A stretch of 64,000 nucleotides of DNA from Candidatus Omnitrophota bacterium (GTDB taxonomy: Bacteria; Omnitrophota; Gorgyraeia; Gygaellales; Profunditerraquicolaceae), in the NCBI GenBank assembly GCA_016208765.1, contig JACQXK010000085.1, positions 4,814-68,813 of the forward strand, read 5' to 3'. Within the stretch, counting starts at the first letter, position 1; each line of letters opens with the position of its first letter. The notes under the pieces were generated by a model. It ran no database searches and had not been told where the DNA came from. It saw only the letters and a list, made by a program, of their open reading frames with translations. Shown one piece after another: positions 56,661-64,000 of the stretch. Both the position numbers and the translations under genes were made by a program.

Positions 56661-57201
56661 CGTACCTACGTATGATACGACAAGATTCTCATTTGGTCCC
56701 GGTGTGCTTTACATGGGCGCTCCTGGAACAACGCCATTGATTGAGGTTGGCGCGGTTAAGGGTAATCCTGAGTTTTCGATTGAAAGGACACTTTTGGAAG
56801 TGTTTCAGGGCAGCCCTAAATCTAAAGTAGCGCAGTATGCTACAAAAGAAGTAGCTATTTTGAAAGTATCCGGAATTGAATGGAATTTTGACAATCTTGC
56901 TTATGCCTTAGGTGCTGGCGTTACAGGCATAAATGGAACAGTTGAGACGTTTGAGTTTGGCGGCGATATGTCAGTTACTAATAGGGCATTGAGGTTTGTG
57001 CATCGGACTCCGGATGGTTCAACTATCGATCTGCATTTGTTTAAGGCAGAAGGATCGGGCAAAATAGCCGTTGCTTTCAATGAAGAGGATACGCATGAGT
57101 TTCCTTTTGAATTTCATACATTGGAGGGGACGACTGATTTTGCGGGTTCAGCTTTGGCGGCAAATAAGAAACATTTTAAAATCATTAGAACAAAAGCTTA
57201 A
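56650..57201 (+). CDS. Major tail tube protein
   Basis: SFGPGVLY...VGA.KG...F pattern; upstream of chaperones and tape measure; ATG 56650. Confidence 0.75.
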   Translation: MAYNVPTYDTTRFSFGPGVLYMGAPGTTPLIEVGAVKGNPEFSIERTLLEVFQGSPKSKVAQYATKEVAILKVSGIEWNFDNLAYALGAGVTGINGTVETFEFGGDMSVTNRALRFVHRTPDGSTIDLHLFKAEGSGKIAVAFNEEDTHEFPFEFHTLEGTTDFAGSALAANKKHFKIIRTKA

Positions 57202-57221
57202 TAATAAGCGGAGGCATACAG

Positions 57222-57554
57222 ATGTCCGAACTTTTATACCCAGAAGCAAAGAAAATTAAAATAGCAGATAGGGAATTTGAAGTTAAGAAATTACCGTTTA
57301 AAAAGTTGATGAAAGCATTTTCTTACCTTAAGAAGATAAGATTGGATAAAGAAGGTAAGATTGTCTTTGATGCTCCAGAAGATTTTGAGAATAACTCCGA
57401 TAATTTGATAGATGCTTTAGCCGTGATATTAGATGTTGATAAGACATGGCTTGAGAATAATTTAGACTTATCAGATATCAATCCGGTTATGAATGCTATA
57501 AACGAGGTGATTATTCTCCCTTTCGGAAAGGCGCAGCAGGTGGCGCAAAAGTAA
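57222..57554 (+). CDS. Tail assembly chaperone (gpG-like)
   Basis: Between tube and tape measure genes; slippery site near the 3' end. Confidence 0.75.
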   Translation: MSELLYPEAKKIKIADREFEVKKLPFKKLMKAFSYLKKIRLDKEGKIVFDAPEDFENNSDNLIDALAVILDVDKTWLENNLDLSDINPVMNAINEVIILPFGKAQQVAQK

Positions 57555-57850
57555 GCCCTGCGGAAGCCATAGCGTTTTTGTGTTACAAGACTGGCTGGGA
57601 TAAGGATTATGTTGGGGATAATTTGACAATTGAACAAATTGTATTTTTCTATGAGGAATTCAGGAGAGAAGAATTAAGGCAGTTAAAAATGCAAGTTATC
57701 GGTAATCTTCATGCTATGTCTGCGGCATTAACCGGAGATAAAGACGGAAGGTTTAAGAAGTTTTTAAATATGTTAGAAGATACTCCGAAAAACATAAACA
57801 CAACCATAGATGAAATGAAGAAATCAGGATTACCAATAGAGGATAAGTAA
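57518..57850 (+). CDS. Tail assembly chaperone -1 frameshift extension (gpGT-like)
   Basis: C CCT TTC at 57518-57524 is in phase; the -1 frame reads PFRKGAAGG...AFLCYKTGWD to 57850; no RBS before TTG 57578. Confidence 0.75.
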   Translation, partial: PFRKGAAGGAKVSPAEAIAFLCYKTGWDKDYVGDNLTIEQIVFFYEEFRREELRQLKMQVIGNLHAMSAALTGDKDGRFKKFLNMLEDTPKNINTTIDEMKKSGLPIEDK

Positions 57851-60117
57851 TGGCTGGAAGCTTAGGTGAATTAGTTGTTTCAGTAACTACAAATTTAACT
57901 AACCTCAATGCCGGTCTAAAGAAGGCTGAGGAGTCAGTTAGGAATACCACCGGCAAGATTACCGATTATACTAACAAAATCGGCGTTGCTATGACTGCCG
58001 CTGGTGCCGTTATCACCGGCGCCTTTGCGTTGATGATTAAGTCAACTACTGACTATGCTGATCAGATTTACGATGTCAGCCAGCGCACCGGTCTTGCTGT
58101 TGAGGCCTTAAGCGAGCTTAAGTATGTGGCAGAGCAGACAGAATCTTCATTTGAGGCCGTTGCTAATGGTATTAAATTCTTAAGCAAGAATATATATGAG
58201 GCTACTAACGGTAACAAACAGGCAAACGATACTTTTAGAACGCTTGGCATATCTCTGAGAGACGAGGTTACGGGTAGTGTTCTTACTGCAGATCAGGCAT
58301 TTCTTAAGATTGCAGATAGGTTTAAGGATCTTAAAGACAATACAGCTAAAACAGCTCTTTCAATGGAGTTGTTTGGCAGGCAAGGATCAGCGCTTATTCC
58401 TGTCTTAAATCTCGGCTCAGAGGGAATCCAGAGATTATCTCAAGAGGCAAAGAAGCTCGGGTTAGTGTTAACTACCGAAAACGCTAAAGCGATAGATGAG
58501 TTTAGCGATAAGTCAAAATCGCTTCAAGGAGCGTTAAGTGGATTGTGGCTTAATATTAGTCTTTTGGTCATTCCTGCATTAGAGAAACTCATTAAGTTTG
58601 CAACAGATGTGGCTATAAAATTGCGCGAGTGGTCAGAGAAACATCCGGTGTTAAGCAAATTCCTTGCTGAGACAACGCTTGCAATTGGGGCGCTGTTTGT
58701 TGTTCTTGGGCCTTTGATACTGATATTTAATCAGGTATTTATAGCTGTTACAAATATAGCTGTTTTTCTTCCTATTCTAATAGCAGGAGTTAAGGCTTTG
58801 GCTGCAGCGTTTATGTTTCTTGTTACTACTCCGGTCGGGCTTACTATTACCGGAATAGCTCTGGCCATAGGATTGCTGGCTAAGGCATGGAGTGATAATT
58901 GGGGAAATATTAGAGAAGTAACAAAGAACGCTATTGATAGTATGATTGGGTGGCTTAAAGAGCTTATCAATGTTACAAATGAGGCGGTCAACATATTAAC
59001 TTTCGGACTTTTTAAGAATAAAGAGACATCCTTTGGCGGAGGAGCAACACAGGGAACAGGAGCCGGGGGGAGTTTTGCCGAGGAAACGCCAAGCGTAAAA
59101 GTAACTGAGCAAGATAAGTCAGCATTAGATGAGACTGTTAACAAGGTTGCTGATTTATCACAGAAGTTAAAAGAGGTTAATGAGGAATATCTTACTGGTA
59201 AGATTAATGTTGAGGAGTATTACAATTCTGTTATTGAGCTGCATAGTCAAGGATTAGATATCAAGCAACAGGAATTGGATTTGTTGCAACAGTTAATTGA
59301 TATGGAGTATCTTGCTACGGATGCAGAGTATCAAAAAATTTATGTGATGCAGCAGGGCATACAATCTGTGCGCGAGTATTATCAGGTCGAGGCAGAGCTT
59401 GCAAATCAGGATCTTGTCAACCAGCAAAGCAGATTAAACTCCGCCACAGGACTCCTTCAGACCATGCAGTCAATGCACAAGACTGTCTGGGGAAGTGTCT
59501 TTGATTTTATGAATATGGGTCTGCAGAAATTCTCATCTGGGTTCTCTACCGCTATTTCAAGCATAATATTAGGCACAAAATCAGCTTCTGAGGCGTTTAA
59601 GGAATTCGGCATGGCAATGGTTACGGCCATTGTTGAGTTCGTGGTGCAGTATGCTGTGCAGGCGGCACTTGCGTTGGTGCTGGGTAGTTTGATAGCGAAG
59701 TTTGTAGATGGGATTGCTGGTGAAATAGCTGCAGCATGGTTGCCGGGAGCTATATTAGCAAGTATCGCTACTTTTGGCGGCGCAGCTGCCGCTGGAACAG
59801 CTGCGGTTGCCAGTGGTTTAGGTACTGGTATTGGAATGCTGACAGCTATGAAGGGCGTAGGGGATGTGACTGGGGGTGGGGGTGGTGCCGTAACGCTGGG
59901 GGAAGGTGGAATTGTGACGCGTCCGACTTTTGCATTAGTAGGTGAGTCAGGCCCGGAGGCAGTCATTCCTTTGGATAGGGCCCAAGGAAGTACTGGGAAT
60001 AATGTCAGTATAACGATCAATAACCCCGTGGTTAGGGAAGAATCTGATATACAGAAAATAGCGGAAGCTGTAAGTGAGATATTTAGCGACGAAGCAGACA
60101 GGATAAGACATGGCTAA
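57850..60117 (+). CDS. Tape measure protein
   Basis: LGELVV start, Ala/Gly-rich helices, hydrophobic middle, GGIVTRPT.ALVGESGPEAVIPL near the C-terminus. Confidence 0.92.
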   Translation: MAGSLGELVVSVTTNLTNLNAGLKKAEESVRNTTGKITDYTNKIGVAMTAAGAVITGAFALMIKSTTDYADQIYDVSQRTGLAVEALSELKYVAEQTESSFEAVANGIKFLSKNIYEATNGNKQANDTFRTLGISLRDEVTGSVLTADQAFLKIADRFKDLKDNTAKTALSMELFGRQGSALIPVLNLGSEGIQRLSQEAKKLGLVLTTENAKAIDEFSDKSKSLQGALSGLWLNISLLVIPALEKLIKFATDVAIKLREWSEKHPVLSKFLAETTLAIGALFVVLGPLILIFNQVFIAVTNIAVFLPILIAGVKALAAAFMFLVTTPVGLTITGIALAIGLLAKAWSDNWGNIREVTKNAIDSMIGWLKELINVTNEAVNILTFGLFKNKETSFGGGATQGTGAGGSFAEETPSVKVTEQDKSALDETVNKVADLSQKLKEVNEEYLTGKINVEEYYNSVIELHSQGLDIKQQELDLLQQLIDMEYLATDAEYQKIYVMQQGIQSVREYYQVEAELANQDLVNQQSRLNSATGLLQTMQSMHKTVWGSVFDFMNMGLQKFSSGFSTAISSIILGTKSASEAFKEFGMAMVTAIVEFVVQYAVQAALALVLGSLIAKFVDGIAGEIAAAWLPGAILASIATFGGAAAAGTAAVASGLGTGIGMLTAMKGVGDVTGGGGGAVTLGEGGIVTRPTFALVGESGPEAVIPLDRAQGSTGNNVSITINNPVVREESDIQKIAEAVSEIFSDEADRIRHG

Positions 60118-60868
60118 CGAAATACAAATAAGGTTTAATTCATTTGCTCTTGAAACAAATATGACTGTCGAGAGTATTTCAGAGAGCGAAGAAAAATCTG
60201 TAAAGATAACCGATATCCCAAAGACAGATGGTTCAGTTGCTGAAATAGGAAAAAGAAAAAGTCTTACTATAACTATAAAAGGTAAAGTTTATGCCAGTGA
60301 TTACGATGATTTACGTACTAATATTGATAATCTGAAGGCTGCGTTGCATGGTGGGATACAAAAATTTACAAAGGACGATGACCGCTTTGTAATGGCGCAG
60401 TTAAAAAGTTTTAAACCTGAGGTTGAGGACAGGGGCGAAATGAGGTGTGTGGGAAGATATAGTGCGTCTTTTATGGCTCATTATCCTTTTTGGCAGAGCG
60501 AGACGTTACATACGGATACGCAACAACCGACAAGTGGGGCAGGATATACAATCAGCAACTTAGGAAATGCTCCTGCTCGTTTGAAAGCCGAATTGTATGC
60601 CGGAGCGACAATAAGTGACAATCTGCAGATAGAAAATACAACAAGAGGAGAATTACTTAAATTCAGGGGCATAGTGGTTAAAGGTGCAACAATTGAAATA
60701 GATAATCGTTTTGATACGGATGAGTTTGAGGTTTTAAATAACGCGGTTGATGCGATGACACAGTTTGAGGGCGACTTTTTGAATTTATCCTCAGGGAATA
60801 ATCTCATTGAATATACGGGAGTTGCCGGGGCGACAGTGAAACTTTCTTGGCGTGATTGCTGGTATTAA
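60110..60868 (+). CDS. Distal tail protein (Dit)
   Basis: Follows tape measure; PFW, N.GNAPA and GDFL.L..GNN motifs. Confidence 0.78.
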   Translation: MANEIQIRFNSFALETNMTVESISESEEKSVKITDIPKTDGSVAEIGKRKSLTITIKGKVYASDYDDLRTNIDNLKAALHGGIQKFTKDDDRFVMAQLKSFKPEVEDRGEMRCVGRYSASFMAHYPFWQSETLHTDTQQPTSGAGYTISNLGNAPARLKAELYAGATISDNLQIENTTRGELLKFRGIVVKGATIEIDNRFDTDEFEVLNNAVDAMTQFEGDFLNLSSGNNLIEYTGVAGATVKLSWRDCWY

Positions 60869-60870
60869 TT

Positions 60871-62052
60871 ATGGTAAACGCGAATTTTTACAATATTGAG
60901 CTTAGGGATAAAAACGGATTATTACAGAATTATATTACTCCTTGGTGTTCTGAGCCGAATTGGGAATGGAATAGGATAGGTGGTTGCGGAAATTGCCGGT
61001 TGAAAATTAGAAAGGATTATCGCAATATAAGATTTAATGCCAGAGACGATATTCAGATTCGGATAAGGAGCGGGTCAACGTCTAAATTAGTATATCGGGG
61101 TTGGGTATTAGCTCCAACTCATTCGTTAAAGATTCCAGAAGAAATGTCTATACAGATTAAAGGATATTTTGACCTGCTTGACTATAAAATAGTCCACGAT
61201 GCAGGAGATACCAAGACATATAGCAATATGAGTATATCCGCGATTGTCGAGGATATTATAGATAATTTTGTGGTGGGAAATACTCCTATTACTAAGGGGA
61301 CGATAGACGTTGCAAATTTCTCGGTTGATACAATAGATTTTGATAGGGATACAGTATCTGGAGCCCTTCGGACTTTAGCAGAACTTGAAGGAAACGTCGA
61401 GTATGGCGTGGATGAGAATTTGGTATTTTTTTGGCGTAAAGAAAGCACGACGTTAAAGCATAAATTTTTTGTGGGTTATGATGTAGCTTCCCTTGAACGA
61501 AAAATAGACTGGAGTAAATTAGTAAATAAAGTCTATTTTGAGGGCGGCAAAGTAAATGGCGCGACTTATCTTAAGAGTGCAGGGGCCGATGATAGCCAGA
61601 ATAGGTATTTTTTAGTTGAGGATGTTTTAGTGAATTCTGCTATTACAACCGATAGTGTGGCAAGTCAGTATATAAACTCTACCTTGAAGGAAAAATCAAA
61701 AATAAGTATTATCCTCAGGGCAAAAATACCCAATACATCCTTAAGGCTTGAGGATTCTATTCCTTTGGGCAGAATTGCTATTTATGACAAGGATTATGAT
61801 CAAAGCCTATATAAATGGGGCAAGACAGCCTCCGGTGGCGATAATCTCATTTGGGGAAGGGGTATTTATAGCGGATCAGATGCAATCTGGGGCGCGTTAT
61901 TTAAGGATCAGGTTGATAAGATTAGTTACAGTCTTTCGGAAACTGAAGACAAGTTCAATTTGGAATTAACCACCGGAGGAAGTTTGCTTAATACCGCAGC
62001 AAGAATAAAACAATTAGAGCTTATTACTAATAATTTGAGGCAAAGGAGTTAA
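60871..62052 (+). CDS. Baseplate hub / Tal-like protein
   Basis: Follows Dit; beta-rich 393 aa; ATG 60871. Confidence 0.65.
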   Translation: MVNANFYNIELRDKNGLLQNYITPWCSEPNWEWNRIGGCGNCRLKIRKDYRNIRFNARDDIQIRIRSGSTSKLVYRGWVLAPTHSLKIPEEMSIQIKGYFDLLDYKIVHDAGDTKTYSNMSISAIVEDIIDNFVVGNTPITKGTIDVANFSVDTIDFDRDTVSGALRTLAELEGNVEYGVDENLVFFWRKESTTLKHKFFVGYDVASLERKIDWSKLVNKVYFEGGKVNGATYLKSAGADDSQNRYFLVEDVLVNSAITTDSVASQYINSTLKEKSKISIILRAKIPNTSLRLEDSIPLGRIAIYDKDYDQSLYKWGKTASGGDNLIWGRGIYSGSDAIWGALFKDQVDKISYSLSETEDKFNLELTTGGSLLNTAARIKQLELITNNLRQRS

Positions 62053-62053
62053 C

Positions 62054-62974
62054 ATGTCATATCCAAATGATAGCGGGATTATTTCTGATTTAACTGATGG
62101 CGTAGATTATATAGAGGCAGCCAATGTTAATACCGTCAAAGATGAACTCCAAAATGTAAAGATTTTATTGGGAACACCTGGCGCGGCGCAATCTCACCTT
62201 GCTTCTTTATTAGACATGATTGCGGACAATTATACTGGCTGGCGGGTTTACAAGAAAGATGATGATGAAATCTATGTTTCTGTTGGTGCAGGAATTATAT
62301 CTAATGCCGCAGGATCAGTAAGAAAGTTAAGGAAATCTACATCAGTTACAACTCTTTCGGCATCAAATTTGGACACAGGTTCTTTTGCCGATGATACATA
62401 TTATTATATTTATACCGTAGCTGATGCTGTTGGAACAGTCCCGGTATTTATTATATCAGCATCAGCATCGTCACCTACTGGATATACTCATTATCGTAAA
62501 ATAGGTTGGTTTTATAATGAAAGTGCTGCTGCACTCGATATCACAAGTGCACAGTTAGGTAATATTAAGGATATCGGAGAAAATCCAAACAGCGTTTCAA
62601 AAACCGGCACAGATGACATAACAACTACATCTGGAAGCTATGTTGATATGACTGATATGACAATTAAATTTGTATCAAATGGTAGACCGGTTAGGATAAC
62701 TTTCAATGCTCCGATATATTTTAATGCTTTATCCAGCAATCAAATTTACATAAATTTAGAAATAGATAGCACCAGCAAGATATCGAGGACTTATGAATTT
62801 GCTGTTGATAATAGTGAAGAATTTGGAAAAATGTCGGCACTTATTGATTGGCTGGAAAGCTTATCAGCAGGAGAGCATACAATAAAAATTCAATGGAAAG
62901 TTGATGCAGGAGTTACGGCTGCACAACAAGGTTCTACTGATGGAGCAAGGGTTTTAATTGTAGAGGAGGCATAG
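62054..62974 (+). CDS. Baseplate/tail fibre protein
   Basis: YYYIY...SASSPTGYTHYRKIGWF motif and C-terminal LSAGEHTIKIQWK beta-sandwich. Confidence 0.65.
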   Translation: MSYPNDSGIISDLTDGVDYIEAANVNTVKDELQNVKILLGTPGAAQSHLASLLDMIADNYTGWRVYKKDDDEIYVSVGAGIISNAAGSVRKLRKSTSVTTLSASNLDTGSFADDTYYYIYTVADAVGTVPVFIISASASSPTGYTHYRKIGWFYNESAAALDITSAQLGNIKDIGENPNSVSKTGTDDITTTSGSYVDMTDMTIKFVSNGRPVRITFNAPIYFNALSSNQIYINLEIDSTSKISRTYEFAVDNSEEFGKMSALIDWLESLSAGEHTIKIQWKVDAGVTAAQQGSTDGARVLIVEEA

Positions 62975-62976
62975 CT

Positions 62977-63258
62977 ATGAAGTTAACAAAAGAGCAGTTT
63001 AAAGATATAGGATTGATAGATGCAGGATTACGTAAAAAATATCCTGCCTTTCAAGGATTTAATGGTTCGGCAGATGATATGCAGGTTATTGGTGTTGATG
63101 AGAACATTATTTTAGAGGCAATTAGTAATATTGATATCAGTAAAATCAAGTATGAAAATAATGCACGCAAAGAATCAGCTGTTGCAAAGACTATAAATAA
63201 ATTAAAAAGCCTCGGATTAGATGATGAAGATATAAAATTATTGGGGATAAAAACATGA
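62977..63258 (+). CDS. Small tail-associated protein
   Basis: KLKSLGLDDEDI C-terminus; GGAGG RBS; follows the fibre gene. Confidence 0.6.
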   Translation: MKLTKEQFKDIGLIDAGLRKKYPAFQGFNGSADDMQVIGVDENIILEAISNIDISKIKYENNARKESAVAKTINKLKSLGLDDEDIKLLGIKT

Positions 63259-64000
63259 AAATTTTTTACCTTAAAATAACAGTTTTTCTGTTGATGATGT
63301 TTTTAGCAACGAATCTTCTTGCTGATTCTACACCGGTTTATGACCAAGCCTCGGACATAGAAACTAATACATCAGGTTTTAGCGGCAATCTTTCTTCTGC
63401 CGACACAACGGTACAGAAAGCCCTTGACACAATAGATGATTTAACATTAACTTCATCGCTATCAGCATTAGCAGATGTTACTATCACTTCAATATCCAAT
63501 AATCAGTTAATCAAATATAATTCAACGTCTGGTAAATGGGAAAACTGGACGCCAAATTATTTAACTTCGTTCACTGAAACCGATCCGGTCTGGACAGCAG
63601 ATAAACCAAGTTATTCTACTACGGCAAATGCAGACCTTCGTTATCTCAAGCTTGATCAATCAGGCCCTCAAACCCTTACTGGCCTTTCTGATGGGTATCT
63701 AAAGTTAACAAGTGGTGTGCTGGGTTCTGAAGCTATTTTGTGGCAAAAAGTAGGTACAACTCTAAGCCCTACTACTGCTGGGGATAGTTTAGCAATAGAA
63801 GGTGGAATATTGTCCGCTATTTATTCTGATGTGGGTGGAATTGATTCATCTCTTTATGGCGTAGATAATTATGCTGAGAAATCTGAAAGTGGTTCGGTAG
63901 GAGAATTAGTAGGGTTCTTTAATTCTTCTAATATTGCAGCTCTTACAGGAAATACAGTTACTGGTGATACTGTGTATGGAAACCTCAATTATGTGCAAGC
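63255..64000 (+). CDS. Tail fibre-like protein with N-terminal signal peptide, 3'-truncated by the window
   Basis: Not in the ORF track. MKIFYLKITVFLLMMFLATNLLA-DSTP...TVQKALDTIDDL...LSALADVTITSISNNQLIKYNSTSGKWEN...TETDP...DLRYLKLDQS; open to base 64000. Confidence 0.8.
   Translation, partial: MKIFYLKITVFLLMMFLATNLLADSTPVYDQASDIETNTSGFSGNLSSADTTVQKALDTIDDLTLTSSLSALADVTITSISNNQLIKYNSTSGKWENWTPNYLTSFTETDPVWTADKPSYSTTANADLRYLKLDQSGPQTLTGLSDGYLKLTSGVLGSEAILWQKVGTTLSPTTAGDSLAIEGGILSAIYSDVGGIDSSLYGVDNYAEKSESGSVGELVGFFNSSNIAALTGNTVTGDTVYGNLNYVQ

Larger units (their letters stand above)
25080..64000. mobile_element. Temperate siphovirus-like prophage; right end is outside the window
   Basis: tRNA att fragment, tyrosine integrase, CI/Cro, replication genes, terminase, portal, capsid, tail tube, tape measure, Dit/Tal; no sheath gene seen. 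Confidence 0.95.

Noticed and set aside
1331-62000. Many short antisense and alternate-frame ORFs in the track (e.g. 24454-25068, 35367-35939, 59457-60020)
   Set aside because: They lie within well-supported genes and have no recognisable motifs; treated as shadow ORFs.
55548-62974. Contractile tail or tailocin
   Set aside because: No sheath or baseplate wedge gene is recognisable, and a full head module is present.
40140-64000. Absence of lysis genes as a special feature
   Set aside because: The prophage continues past the window, where lysis genes usually lie.

Overview
Two parts. Bases 1 to ~25,080 are the chromosome of a Gram-negative, lipid A-producing bacterium. Candidatus Omnitrophota is my inference, based on the modular ASSAV/GGIDF giant protein. 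This part holds the 3' end of that giant gene, hisG, an unannotated 33-aa bS22-like gene, a TPR gene, split transketolase, ispE-spoVG-tRNA-Gln-glmU-prs-rplY-pth-rpsF-ssb-rpsR-rplI-dnaB, bamA-skp-lpxD-lpxC/fabZ-lpxA-lpxI, a CBM48 gene and a radical SAM gene. From ~25,080 past the window end is a siphovirus-like prophage inserted in tRNA-Arg(UCG), of which only the 5' part remains at the integrase end. It has integrase, a CI/Cro switch with readable operators, an SNF2 helicase/VRR-NUC/primase-helicase module with an iteron origin, accessory genes (RlpA, acyl carrier protein, PnuC-like, a broken DUF1566 gene with a DGR-type variable region) and a head-to-tail operon. Most unusual: (1) the virion operon is interleaved with a glycosylation set (SAM methyltransferase, pyruvyl transferase, GT4, triple-GT2-TPR, O-antigen ligase-like membrane protein), and two virion-type proteins, one a tail fibre, carry Sec signal peptides; (2) the giant host gene looks like an in-frame cassette array whose junctions share a DNA-conserved motif (TCTTCGGCGGT). 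All calls come from reading the sequence; no searches were run.
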